From Gemmatimonadota bacterium (GTDB lineage Bacteria > Gemmatimonadota > Gemmatimonadetes > Palauibacterales > Palauibacteraceae), in assembly GCA_039588275.1 (NCBI GenBank), contig JBDHAC010000007.1, positions 1 through 64,000 on the forward strand: a stretch of 64,000 nucleotides of DNA, written 5' to 3'. The stretch's first letter is position 1; the number at the start of each line of letters is the position of its first letter. The notes below the pieces were generated by a model. That model did not search any database and was not told the origin of the DNA. It saw only the letters and a program-made list of their open reading frames with translations. Positions 17,495-26,878 of this stretch are shown piece by piece. Position numbers and translations under genes: made by a program.

Positions 17495-20200
17495 ATGACC
17501 CAACCTCCGAGCTCCACGGCCAACGCGGTGCTCTCCATCTGCCTCGGATTGGTGCGAGCCGCCGGCCACGTGGCCCCTGGCTCGGAGCGTCGAACCTGGG
17601 GCGCGGAGTGGGAGGCCGAGGTCCTCCATCGGTGGGCGGAACTGGAGAAGAGGAGAGAGGCGACGGGCAGAGGGCCGGGCGCGTTCGAGTCCCTGGATCT
17701 GCTCGGGAGAAGCGCGGGAGCGTTGGCTCACGCCATATGGCTACGTCGGGAAGAGTGGAGGTTCGACGTGTTGATGCAGGACATCCGGTACGCCCTCAGG
17801 GGCCTCATCAAACGCCCCGTCTTCTCCGCGGTCGTGATTGGAACGATCATGCTCGCGATCGGAGCGAACGCGGCGATCTTCAGCGTCCTCAACGGCGTCC
17901 TCCTCCAGCCCCTCCCCTTCGAGAACCCCGAGGGCCTCGTGATGGTGTGGGAGCACAACATCCCGCGGGCCAATCCGACCAACGTCGTCTCGGGCGCCAA
18001 CTTCGTGACGTGGCGCGAGGAGAGCAGCTCGTTCGAAGATCTCGCTGCGATCACGTGGTTCAGCCAGAATCTGGTCGAGGGAGAGGACGCCGAGCGCGTG
18101 GGTGTGGTGTCCGTGAACGCGAGCTTTTTCCCCCTGCTCGGGGTGAATGCCGCGCACGGGCGCGTGTTTCTGCCGGAGGACGATCGGGCGGGGGACGGAC
18201 CGAGACCGATCCTGTTGAGCCACGGTTTCTGGCAGCGCCGGTTCGGGGGGAGCTCCAATGTGATCGGGCGTACCCTGAACCTGAACGGGTTCGAGCTCCC
18301 CGTGATCGGCGTGCTTCCGGAGGGCTTCCGGTTCGATTTCCTGCCGTACTCCTTCAACGCCACCGGGACGCAGGACATCTGGATGCCGCAACAGTTCCCG
18401 GACGAGATTCGGGACGCGAGCGGGCGCTGGCTCCAGGTCCTCGGGCGGCTCGAGCCAGGTACGTCGATCGAACGCGCTCAGACCGAGATGAGCACGCTCG
18501 CCAGCCGGCTGGAGATGGAGTACCCGGACCGCCAGTCGGGGTGGACGGTGAACGTGGTGTCCCTTCAGGAGCAGGTGGTCGGGGAGGCGCGAACACCGCT
18601 CCTGATTCTGTTCGGCGCGGTCGCGTTCGTCCTGCTCATCGCGTGTGCCAACGTGGCCAATCTCCTGCTCTCGCGCTCGGTTGGGCGGCAACAGGAGGTC
18701 GCCTTGCGGACTGCCCTGGGTGCGAGCCGTTTGCGACTGGTCCGGCAGCTCCTGACGGAGAGCTCGATCCTGGCACTGGCTGGTGGAGCCCTGGGCCTGG
18801 GCCTGGCGTTCGTGCTGGTGGATGCCCTTCTGAGATTGGGCCCTGATATCCCCAGGCTTGCGGACGTTTCCGTCAGCGGACCGGTGATCGCGTTCACGCT
18901 GGGCATATCCGCCCTTACCGGTCTCGTATTCGGGCTCGCGCCCGCTCTCAGGGCCTCTCGGCCAGATCTGGCCGGGTCGCTCAAGGAAGGAGGAGCTCGA
19001 GCCGGGAGAAGCGGAGGTCTGCTGCGCGCCCGGAGCGCCCTCGTCGTCGCCGAGGTGGCGCTCGCCCTCATTCTTCTCGTGGGGAGCGGGCTTCTGCTGC
19101 GCAGCTTCGCGAACCTCTTGGACCTCGGCGTGGGGTTCGAAACCGACGGGCTGATCACCGCCGAGGTCGCGCTCCCGGGGCGCGTATACGAGGAGGAGGC
19201 CGACCGCGTTCAGTTCTTCGAGGAGCTGGTCGGCCGGGTACGAAGCATCCCGGGCGTGAGCGCCGCGAGCGCGATCACCTTCCTCCCTCTGGCCGGGAGC
19301 GGGTCGGCGACCTCGTTCTGGGCCAACGATCGACCGGTGCCTGAGCCGGGCGAGCTTCCGGTCGCCGACCTCCGCTGGGTGCACCAGGACTACCACCGCA
19401 CGCTCGGCATTCCCGTCATCCGCGGCCGTCTGTTCGACGGGCGAGATACGCGCGATGTGCCGCTCCGGATCGTGATCAGCGAGGCGTTGGCGCGCGACCT
19501 GTGGCCGTCTGAGGATCCGATCGGCCGCACGATTTCCATGCCGTGGGGCGATACGCTGGTGGCCGAAGTGATCGGGGTCGTGGGCGACGTGCGGCACCAG
19601 GGCCCCGAGACGGAGGCGCGCGACAAGATCTACTGGCACCATTTGCAGTGGCAGGACTGGTCCGGCATGACCATCGTCGCTCGCACGTCGGGCGACCCCT
19701 CCATGCATGTCGGCTCGATCCGGGCCGAGCTCAGGGCGATGGACTCCAACCTCCCCCTGTTCAACGTGAGCACGATGACCGATCTGCTCGGCGAGGCGCT
19801 CGCGGCTCGGCGGTTCACGATGCTGGTGCTGGGGCTGTTCGCGCTCGTGGCGTTGCTCCTGGCGAGCGTGGGCGTGTACGGCGTCATGTCGTACGGCGTG
19901 AGCCAGCGCACGCAGGAGTTCGGAGTACGCATGGCGCTCGGGGCCAGCGCAAGGGCCGTCGCGATGCAGGTCGTGAAGGGCGGGCTGCGTCTCGTGCTGA
20001 TCGCCGTCGCGATCGGTGGGCTCGGGGCGCTGGCGCTCTCCAGGCTCATGCAGAGCCTCGTGTTCGAGATCAGCACCAGCGATCCCGTGACGTTCGCGCT
20101 CGCGGCCCTGTTCCTGGCGGCCGTGGCCGCGGCGGCGTGCTATTGGCCGACGCACCGGGCCGGCCGCGTGGACCCGATCGAGGCGCTCCGCTTCGAGTAG
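17495..20200 (+). CDS. ADOP/MacB-like duplicated ABC permease
   Basis: QDIRYALR, LAIGANAAIFS, VLLIACANVANLLL, RTQEFGVRMALGA, VDPIEALRFE; two MacB_PCD/FtsX repeats, no ATPase. Confidence 0.93.
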   Translation: MTQPPSSTANAVLSICLGLVRAAGHVAPGSERRTWGAEWEAEVLHRWAELEKRREATGRGPGAFESLDLLGRSAGALAHAIWLRREEWRFDVLMQDIRYALRGLIKRPVFSAVVIGTIMLAIGANAAIFSVLNGVLLQPLPFENPEGLVMVWEHNIPRANPTNVVSGANFVTWREESSSFEDLAAITWFSQNLVEGEDAERVGVVSVNASFFPLLGVNAAHGRVFLPEDDRAGDGPRPILLSHGFWQRRFGGSSNVIGRTLNLNGFELPVIGVLPEGFRFDFLPYSFNATGTQDIWMPQQFPDEIRDASGRWLQVLGRLEPGTSIERAQTEMSTLASRLEMEYPDRQSGWTVNVVSLQEQVVGEARTPLLILFGAVAFVLLIACANVANLLLSRSVGRQQEVALRTALGASRLRLVRQLLTESSILALAGGALGLGLAFVLVDALLRLGPDIPRLADVSVSGPVIAFTLGISALTGLVFGLAPALRASRPDLAGSLKEGGARAGRSGGLLRARSALVVAEVALALILLVGSGLLLRSFANLLDLGVGFETDGLITAEVALPGRVYEEEADRVQFFEELVGRVRSIPGVSAASAITFLPLAGSGSATSFWANDRPVPEPGELPVADLRWVHQDYHRTLGIPVIRGRLFDGRDTRDVPLRIVISEALARDLWPSEDPIGRTISMPWGDTLVAEVIGVVGDVRHQGPETEARDKIYWHHLQWQDWSGMTIVARTSGDPSMHVGSIRAELRAMDSNLPLFNVSTMTDLLGEALAARRFTMLVLGLFALVALLLASVGVYGVMSYGVSQRTQEFGVRMALGASARAVAMQVVKGGLRLVLIAVAIGGLGALALSRLMQSLVFEISTSDPVTFALAALFLAAVAAAACYWPTHRAGRVDPIEALRFE

Positions 20201-20202
20201 GA

Positions 20203-20229
20203 ACGGGCGGCTCAGCGCGAGCCGCCCGT
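20203..20229 (+). terminator. Hairpin directly after the ADOP stop codon
   Basis: Perfect 11-bp stem acgggcggctc / gagccgcccgt with a 5-nt loop. Confidence 0.55.
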
Positions 20230-20318
20230 GGAGTTCAGTTCAGGCGCTAAGCTGGTCGATCGCCGTCTGGGCGGTATTGACGAGGGGCTGACCTTGCTCG
20301 AGCGTCAGCGTTCCGCCC

Positions 20319-20993
20319 GTGACCATGGCCTGTACCTCGTTTTGGAACGCGACCAGCAGGTTGATGGCCGCCGTCACGTCTCCGCGATCGATCGCTCAGG
20401 TGCTCTCTCTGGTCAGCGAACTGAGCGGCCAACCATTGGAACGCGAAGCTAGGGACGGGCTCGAGTTCCAGATGGCGGTCGAGCTTCTCTGGCACGACCA
20501 GACTCGAGCGGGCCGAGAGATCCTCGACGAGCTCGCCCGTCGGTTGACTGAGCGTCGGCGGGAAGAGGGCGAAGGTGGAGCGTGGCCGATTGTCGGGGTT
20601 CTGCTTCACCTGGATCGGGCGGAGGAAGCCTGGAGGGTCCTCGGCGGATCCGGGTTTGAAGCTTCGACAGTGATCCGCCCCGACAGCGTGCCCGAAGGCC
20701 AGTGGCGGCGGACGAGGACAGCGGAACTGAGCATCCGGGGCGTCGTGGCCGCGCGTGCGGGACGCCGCGAGGAGGCCGAGCGAATGGACCGGGAACTGGT
20801 GGCGTTCGGCAATCGCCCCGGCGAGATGCTCGAACGGGCTGGCATCGCCGCCGCCCTAGGAGACTGCGCGCGAGCGGGCAGATTCCTGGAAAGGTCCTGG
20901 GAGGGCCGACACCAGTGGATCCACAGGCACGCCGGCTTGTTTTACTGCCGCCACGACCCCGCCTTTCAGGAAGTCGCCAAGCCGCGAGGTTAG
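20319..20993 (+). pseudogene. TPR-like helical ORF, probably an N-terminally truncated gene remnant
   Basis: Resembles the C-terminal TPR tail of large kinase/TPR proteins (GVVAARAGRREEAERM..RAGIAAALG..HDPAFQEVAKPRG); no clear RBS or N-terminal domain. Confidence 0.45.
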
Positions 20994-21014
20994 CTGCAAT
21001 CGCGTGCTGGCCCG

Positions 21015-21497
21015 CTAGAGGTGTAGCAGCCTTCCCTGCGCGTCGATCAGCAGGCTCCGCTCCCCCGTGCGGGTCATCACGGTGATCAAGCCGGGAGGCA
21101 GCTGACAGTCTCCGCCCGTCACGAGTCGGCCGCGCGGATCGAAGCAGAGCATCGTGCGGTCGCTCACGATCTCCACGGCCGGCGGCTGGACCACACGTGC
21201 TACCGTGGGGGTACCGCTCGCACCCTGGGTCGTGTCCACCTCGACCCACAGGCGGTCCGCATCCGAGTCGATGTGCAGGACGGCCACCTGACCGTGGCGA
21301 ATGGCCAGCGTACGCGCCTCGGCGTACGCGATCTCGATCAGCTCGATCGCGTTGCGGGTCGCGTCCTCCTCCGTCGCACGCAGCATCGGCCAAGCGGTCG
21401 CGAGGACGGTAACGGCGGCGAGGGCGCCGACCGCAAGCCCTTCGAGCCCTTTCGGCGCAGGTCGCTTCAGGTCGCCAGGCAATCTTGTCGGTGACAT
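21015..21497 (-). CDS. GspH/FimT-like pseudopilin with degenerate prepilin motif
   Basis: N-terminal hydrophobic helix ending ATAWP; ARTLAIRHG..V; LCFDPRG; C-terminal IDAQGR. Confidence 0.6.
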   Translation of the reverse strand: MSPTRLPGDLKRPAPKGLEGLAVGALAAVTVLATAWPMLRATEEDATRNAIELIEIAYAEARTLAIRHGQVAVLHIDSDADRLWVEVDTTQGASGTPTVARVVQPPAVEIVSDRTMLCFDPRGRLVTGGDCQLPPGLITVMTRTGERSLLIDAQGRLLHL

Positions 21498-21555
21498 GAT
21501 CTAATCCGTCTGCTGTGAAACCGGTCTTCCGCAGTGCTTCGGGTCGCCGGGACCC

Positions 21556-21592
21556 CGGCGCAAGACCCAGACGGCGCAAGACCCAGACGGCG
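21556..21592. repeat. 16-bp tandem duplication (CGGCGCAAGACCCAGA x2.3)
   Basis: Read directly in the intergenic region upstream of the pseudopilin gene. Confidence 0.85.
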
Positions 21593-21810
21593 TACTCTCG
21601 CATCATCAACTACAACAACGTCTTACACGGCCACACATGGGCACTATCGGCCTGCGGTGCGGTGCGATCGCGACAGGCTGACACTGGCATTCTGCCTGGA
21701 ACCCTGGTGATCTGCGCTCCCTAAGGCGAGGTGGCCGTCTCCCTCCGGGGACCGACCCCCCGTTGCGCCGCAGGCCCCCCCGTCTAATCGTGCCCGAGCC
21801 CGACTGCGCG

Positions 21811-23016
21811 ATGACTTCCCCCACACGAGGACGCGCGTTGCGATACCGAAGCGGACGACACTTCCTCCAGCTCCCCGGTCCGACCCCCGTCCCCGATCGT
21901 GTCCTGCGGGCGATGAATCGGGCCCTGATCGATCATCGGGGTCCCGAGTTCGCCGACCTGGGACGGCGGATTCTCCAAGATCTCCGGCCGGTCTTCAAGA
22001 CGGACTCGCCGGTGCTGGTCTTCCCCTCATCGGGCAGTGGCGCCTGGGAGGCCGCCCTCCAGAACACTCTGTCTCCCGGCGATCGTGTGCTTGGCATCGA
22101 CCAGGGGTTCTTCGCCGGGAAATGGCAGGATGTAGCCCGGCGACTGGGACTCGAGGTGCAGGAGGTCGCCAGCGACTGGCGCCGGCCTGTCGATCCGGGT
22201 GCCGTCGAGGAGGCGCTGTCCGATGACCCGGATCGTACGGTCGCGGCCGTGCTCCTTGTGCACAATGAGACATCCACGGGCGTCACCAGTGACATAGCTG
22301 CCATCCGAGCGGCTATCGATCGGACCCGACACCCCGCGCTGCTGATGGTGGACGCGGTGTCATCATTGGGGGCGACCGACTACCGGCACGACGAGTGGGG
22401 CGTCGACGTGACGGTGAGCGGATCGCAGAAAGGGCTCATGCTGCCGCCCGGGCTCGGTTTCACGGCGGTGAGCGGCAAGGCCCTCGATGCGCACGAGCGG
22501 GCGCGCCTCCCACGCGCGTACTGGGATTGGGGCGACATGCTCCGGTTCAACGAGGAAGGGTTCTTCCCGTACACGCCCGCCACCGGTCTCCTGTACGGAC
22601 TCGAGGAAGCCCTGACGATGCTGCGCGAGGAAGGATTGGATCGCGTCTTCGCCCGCCACGCGCGCTTCGCCGAGGCGACGCGTCGGGCGGTAGCCGCCTG
22701 GGGGTTGGAGAACTACTCCGTGGATCCGACCGCGTACTCCAACTCGGGCACCACGGTTCTGATGCCCGAGGGCCCGGATGCGGACGAGCTGCGTCGTGTA
22801 ATCCTGGAGCGCTTCGACATGTCGCTGGGCACCGGGCTCGGGAGGCTCCAGGGCGACGTGTTCCGCATCGGTCACCTGGGCGATCTCAACGAGCTGACGC
22901 TGGCCGGGGCGTTGTGCGGTGTGGAGATGGGCCTCGGTCTGGCCGGCGTGCCGCACGCAAAGGGGGGCGTGGACGCGGCGCTGGAGTTCCTGGCGGCCCC
23001 GGCGGATGGGCCGTGA
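21811..23016 (+). CDS. Serine-glyoxylate/alanine-glyoxylate aminotransferase (class V PLP)
   Basis: GRHFLQLPGPT, VHNETSTG, VDAVSSLG, GSQKGLMLPPG, FRIGHLG. Confidence 0.92.
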   Translation: MTSPTRGRALRYRSGRHFLQLPGPTPVPDRVLRAMNRALIDHRGPEFADLGRRILQDLRPVFKTDSPVLVFPSSGSGAWEAALQNTLSPGDRVLGIDQGFFAGKWQDVARRLGLEVQEVASDWRRPVDPGAVEEALSDDPDRTVAAVLLVHNETSTGVTSDIAAIRAAIDRTRHPALLMVDAVSSLGATDYRHDEWGVDVTVSGSQKGLMLPPGLGFTAVSGKALDAHERARLPRAYWDWGDMLRFNEEGFFPYTPATGLLYGLEEALTMLREEGLDRVFARHARFAEATRRAVAAWGLENYSVDPTAYSNSGTTVLMPEGPDADELRRVILERFDMSLGTGLGRLQGDVFRIGHLGDLNELTLAGALCGVEMGLGLAGVPHAKGGVDAALEFLAAPADGP

Positions 23017-24074
23017 CGCTCCGGCGCGGACGCGGTCGATCGGTGCCCGGCACCGTTCCGGAGCGTAGCCGGCCCGCGGGTGCCCTCGCCCTCCTCGCTC
23101 CTGTCCTCCTGGCGCTCGCGCTTCCGGCTCTCGCGTGCGGGGGCGGATCCTCGGACGACGGCGTGATCGAGCTCAAGTTCGGGCACGTCGGCGGGCCGAG
23201 CTCGCTTTATGACCTGGCGGTGAACGAGTTCGCGCGGCGAGTCAACGAGCGCCTGGCCGGGCGGGTCGAGATGACGGTGTTCGGAGCGAGCCAACTCGGC
23301 GGCGATGAGATCCTGCTCCAGAAGCTCAAGCTCGGGACCGTAGACCTGTCCCTGCCCGCGACGATCATGTCCTCGACCATCGAGCAATTCGGTCTGTTCG
23401 AGATGCCTTATCTGGTGAGGGACCGCGAGCACATGAAGCGCATCGAGGAGGAAGTCGTGTGGCCCGATCTGGCCCCGCTCGCGGAGGCGCAGGGGTACCG
23501 GCTGCTCGCGGTGTGGGAGAACGGATTCCGGCACGTCACGAACAACCGGCGCCCGATCGTGGCGCCTGAGGATCTGCGCGGCATCAAGCTCCGCACACCC
23601 CGTGGCGTCTGGCGAGTAAAGCTGTTTCAGGCCCTTGGGGCGAACCCCACGCCCATGCCCTACTCAGAGGTGTTCATCGCGCTGCAGACCGGGGTGATGG
23701 ACGGTCAAGAGAACCCGTTCACGCAGATTCGCGGCGGCCGGCTACACGAAGTGCAGAAGTACCTTTCGCTGACCGAGCACGTCTACTCGCCCGCGTTCGT
23801 CATGGTCGGTACGGCTCGGTGGGATCGGCTTCCCGAGGACATTCAGGTGGCGGTGGCGGAGATCGCGCGCGAAGTCCAGGCGTTCGTTCACGAAACCGCC
23901 GAGCGCCTTGACGACGAGCTCTTGCAGGAGATGCGCGAGGCGGGGATCGAGGTGAACGACGTGGACCGCGGCGCTTTCCTGCGGGCCAGCGGTGCGGTGT
24001 ACGAGGAATTCGCGGCAGCCGTCGAGGGCGGTCAGGAGCTGATCGAGAAGGCCACCTCCGTTGCCGGCGGCTGA
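23013..24074 (+). CDS. dctP: TRAP transporter substrate-binding protein (lipoprotein-type signal)
   Basis: GTGA overlap with the upstream gene; LALPALACGG; ENGFRH, KLRTP, ALQTGVMDGQENP. Confidence 0.9.
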   Translation: MTLRRGRGRSVPGTVPERSRPAGALALLAPVLLALALPALACGGGSSDDGVIELKFGHVGGPSSLYDLAVNEFARRVNERLAGRVEMTVFGASQLGGDEILLQKLKLGTVDLSLPATIMSSTIEQFGLFEMPYLVRDREHMKRIEEEVVWPDLAPLAEAQGYRLLAVWENGFRHVTNNRRPIVAPEDLRGIKLRTPRGVWRVKLFQALGANPTPMPYSEVFIALQTGVMDGQENPFTQIRGGRLHEVQKYLSLTEHVYSPAFVMVGTARWDRLPEDIQVAVAEIAREVQAFVHETAERLDDELLQEMREAGIEVNDVDRGAFLRASGAVYEEFAAAVEGGQELIEKATSVAGG

Positions 24075-24105
24075 CTCGCGCAGCTCCGAGACGCCTGAGC
24101 CGCCC

Positions 24106-24639
24106 GTGTCGCGCGCTCGCGAGCCATCCACGAGTACGCGCGGCAGCACCCACCTGAGAACGGTCGTGGAGCGATTCCTGGAAGCGGCCGTCCTGATCCT
24201 GATGGCCCTCCTGGCTGGTGTCGTCGTCGTGGGCGTCGTGTTCCGAAAGCTGGGTGCGGCGTTGGTCTGGTATGACGAGATCGCGTCCATACTCCTCGCC
24301 TGGCTCACCTACTATGGCGCGGCGCTGGCCGCCTTGAAGCGAGCGCACATCGGAGTTCCGACCGCCGTTCAGCGACTCCGCGGGCGCTGGAGGTTGCTGG
24401 CCGTGGCTCTCGCGGAGACCGCCGTGATCGGGTTCTTCGTCGTCGTGGCGTGGGCGGGCTGGCGGGTCCTCCGGGTCCTCGGCGGGACTACGCTGGTCAG
24501 TCTCCCGTGGGTTCCCGCCATTCTCGCGCAGTCGGTGATCCCGATCGCGGCGCTCCTCTTCATCGTGGCCGAGTTGCTGAGCGTGCCCGATGCGCTGGCG
24601 CCGCACCGCCGGCGCGAAGCTCCCGGGGCCGAGCCGTGA
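24106..24639 (+). CDS. dctQ: TRAP transporter small permease
   Basis: Four TM helices; WYDEIA..WLTYYGAALA..HIGV; start codon uncertain. Confidence 0.85.
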   Translation: MSRAREPSTSTRGSTHLRTVVERFLEAAVLILMALLAGVVVVGVVFRKLGAALVWYDEIASILLAWLTYYGAALAALKRAHIGVPTAVQRLRGRWRLLAVALAETAVIGFFVVVAWAGWRVLRVLGGTTLVSLPWVPAILAQSVIPIAALLFIVAELLSVPDALAPHRRREAPGAEP

Positions 24640-25919
24640 CGCTCTTCCTGATGTTCCTGGGGCTGGTCGTGCTCGTGACCCTCAACGTGCCAATCGCGGT
24701 CGCGTTGGGGATCGTCGCGATTCTCGCGATGGTCCTCACCTCCGGCGCGGCGGTGCTCCCCAACGCGGGTTTGGTCCTGTTCGACGGCGCCACGTCGTTC
24801 CCCCTCATCGCTATCCCGCTGTTCATCCTCGCGGGAGCGATCATGAACGCGACGGGGATCTCGCGTCGATTGATCGCGTTCGCGTCGGCGCTGGTGGGCT
24901 TCATCCGGGGCGGACTAGCGATGGTGAGCATCAGCGCGTCCCTGTTTTTCGCGGAGATCTCGGGCTCGGCGGTTGCCGATGTAGCCGCGCTCGGTTCGCT
25001 GTTGATCCCGGCGATGGAGAGACGGGGGTATTCGAAGCCCTTCGCTGCGGCGGTCATGTCATCGGCCGCGACGCTCGCGGTGATCATCCCGCCTTCCATC
25101 CCGATGATCATCTACGGCGTCATGTCCGAGAGCTCGATCGTCGAGCTGTTCGTGGCGGGCATCATCCCGGGCGTGATCGGCGGGTGCTCACTCATGTTCG
25201 TGGCGTATATGCTCGCGCGGCGTCACGGTTTCCCGGTCGAAGAATCGTTTCAGGTGCGCCGCGTGTGGCGGACGTTCAGGGAAGCGGGCTGGGCGCTGCT
25301 GCTCCCGTTGATCATCCTGGGCGGGATCTTCAGCGGGTGGGTGACCGCGACCGAGGGCGCGGGGCTGGCGGTGGTGGCCGCGCTCGCGATCGGAGGCCTG
25401 GTTTACCGCGAGCTCGATCTGGCCCACCTGCGGGAGGCGATGCTCGAGGGGGGCGTGCAGACGGCGGTGGTGATGCTGCTCGTCGCCACCTCCGCCCTGC
25501 TCGGCGATTTCCTGACCGAGCAGCAGCTCCCGCAGCGCGTCGCGTCCGGCATCATGTCCGTCACGGAGAGCAGGTGGCTGATCCTCGCGCTTCTGAACGT
25601 CTTCTTCCTAATCATCGGGCTCTTCCTCCACTCGGCCGCAGCCATCATCCTGGTGGTGCCGATCGTGATGCCGCTCGTGCACGCCGCGGGGATCGACCCG
25701 ATCCACTTCGGGCTCATCGTGACGCTCAACCTGGGGATCGGCCAGCAGACTCCACCCGTGGCCAGCGTCCTCGTGACGGCGTGCTCGGTGGCCAAGGCGG
25801 ACATCTGGGAGGTGAGCAAGGTCAACGTCCGGTTCATCGCGGTGTTATTCGCGGTGTTGGTGCTCGTGACCTACCTCCCGGCCATCCCGATGAGCCTGGT
25901 GAATTGGTTCTACCGCTGA
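24636..25919 (+). CDS. dctM: TRAP transporter large permease
   Basis: AIPLFILAG, ISGSAVADVAA, IIPPSIPMIIYG, GIDPIHFG, TPPV; GTGA overlap. Confidence 0.93.
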   Translation: MTLFLMFLGLVVLVTLNVPIAVALGIVAILAMVLTSGAAVLPNAGLVLFDGATSFPLIAIPLFILAGAIMNATGISRRLIAFASALVGFIRGGLAMVSISASLFFAEISGSAVADVAALGSLLIPAMERRGYSKPFAAAVMSSAATLAVIIPPSIPMIIYGVMSESSIVELFVAGIIPGVIGGCSLMFVAYMLARRHGFPVEESFQVRRVWRTFREAGWALLLPLIILGGIFSGWVTATEGAGLAVVAALAIGGLVYRELDLAHLREAMLEGGVQTAVVMLLVATSALLGDFLTEQQLPQRVASGIMSVTESRWLILALLNVFFLIIGLFLHSAAAIILVVPIVMPLVHAAGIDPIHFGLIVTLNLGIGQQTPPVASVLVTACSVAKADIWEVSKVNVRFIAVLFAVLVLVTYLPAIPMSLVNWFYR

Positions 25920-25925
25920 AGCACG

Positions 25926-25952
25926 AGCGCCCCGCCGATCGAGCGGGGCGCT
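25926..25952. terminator. Hairpin between convergent operons
   Basis: Perfect 10-bp stem agcgccccgc / gcggggcgct with a 7-nt loop. Confidence 0.55.
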
Positions 25953-26011
25953 GATTCAAGTGGTGGGGCGAGCGCGCCTCGGCGCGGTACCGAGTGCACC
26001 TGCGCTTTCGT

Positions 26012-26878
26012 TCAGCCCTCCGTCCACATCGCCACGGTCTCGGCGACGAAGTCCTCGAAGCGGCGCGGCGGGTGACCGAGCACGCGATCCTGGAGAGCCA
26101 GATCCTCATCCGTGGCTGTCAGACCACGCGCCAGGAAGTGCTCGAACATGATGCGGACATCCTCGACCATCCATTCCGGCATCATCCCGCGGGCGGCCTC
26201 CTCCCAGGCGTCGAGGTCATCGCCCACGTAGTGGATCTCGCGTCCCAGCCCCCGGCTCCAGGCAGCGGCCGTGTCCTCTCCCGTGAGCACCTCGGGGCCG
26301 ACGAGTGGATACCGTACCCCCTCGTGGCCTTCGTCGAGGAGGGCGTTCACGGTCGCGTCGGCGATGTCTCGGACGTCGACGCGACTGAGACCCACGGAGC
26401 CAACGGGCGACGGGTAGATTCCCATCTGAAGGATCGGGTCCTTGAGCCAGTAGTCGTTCTGGTAGTAGTTGTTGGGTTCGACCGTCACCCACGGAATCCC
26501 CGACGTCTCGATCGCTTCCAGTATGCGGATCTTGCTGGCGAAGTGGGGGATCTGGGGTGCGTCGTCGACCCGGTGAACCGAATGGAGCACGATGCGCCCG
26601 ACACCCGTGTTCTGCGCGGCATCGATGGCGGCGGCCCCGAGCGCGGCCTCGTTCGGGTGCACCGGGGTCAGGAGGTGCAGGCGGTCGATCCCACCGAAGA
26701 CGGGCCCGAGGCTGGCCGGGTCCTCCAGGTCACCCTTCACGTACGAGACACCGTCCACGGTCGAGCCCGCTACTTCCTCCGAGCGCGTCATGCAACGCAC
26801 GGAGGCGCCGCGCTCCACCAGGCGAGCGACGACCTGGCTGCCCACCGTGCCCGTGCCCCCGAGACAAAGAACGTTCAT
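26012..26878 (-). CDS. NmrA family NAD(P)-binding protein
   Basis: MNVLCLGGTGTVGS, PHFASK, VDVRDIA; GGAGGA RBS; ATGA overlap with the upstream gene. Confidence 0.9.
   Translation of the reverse strand: MNVLCLGGTGTVGSQVVARLVERGASVRCMTRSEEVAGSTVDGVSYVKGDLEDPASLGPVFGGIDRLHLLTPVHPNEAALGAAAIDAAQNTGVGRIVLHSVHRVDDAPQIPHFASKIRILEAIETSGIPWVTVEPNNYYQNDYWLKDPILQMGIYPSPVGSVGLSRVDVRDIADATVNALLDEGHEGVRYPLVGPEVLTGEDTAAAWSRGLGREIHYVGDDLDAWEEAARGMMPEWMVEDVRIMFEHFLARGLTATDEDLALQDRVLGHPPRRFEDFVAETVAMWTEG

Noticed and set aside
17741..20155. 804-aa minus-strand ORF, and similar long ORFs such as 33839-35851 +, 8868-10334 +, 40047-41534 -, 48752-50275 -, 57330-58829 + and 61926-63422 +
   Set aside because: Antisense shadows of well-supported genes in high-GC DNA; biased composition and no recognisable motifs
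21685..21750. Glycine riboswitch-like words (GGAGA..CGCC..AGGGAGC..CAGG)
   Set aside because: The core CCGAAG and CUCUCAGG are not matched, and the motif is on the strand opposite the aminotransferase
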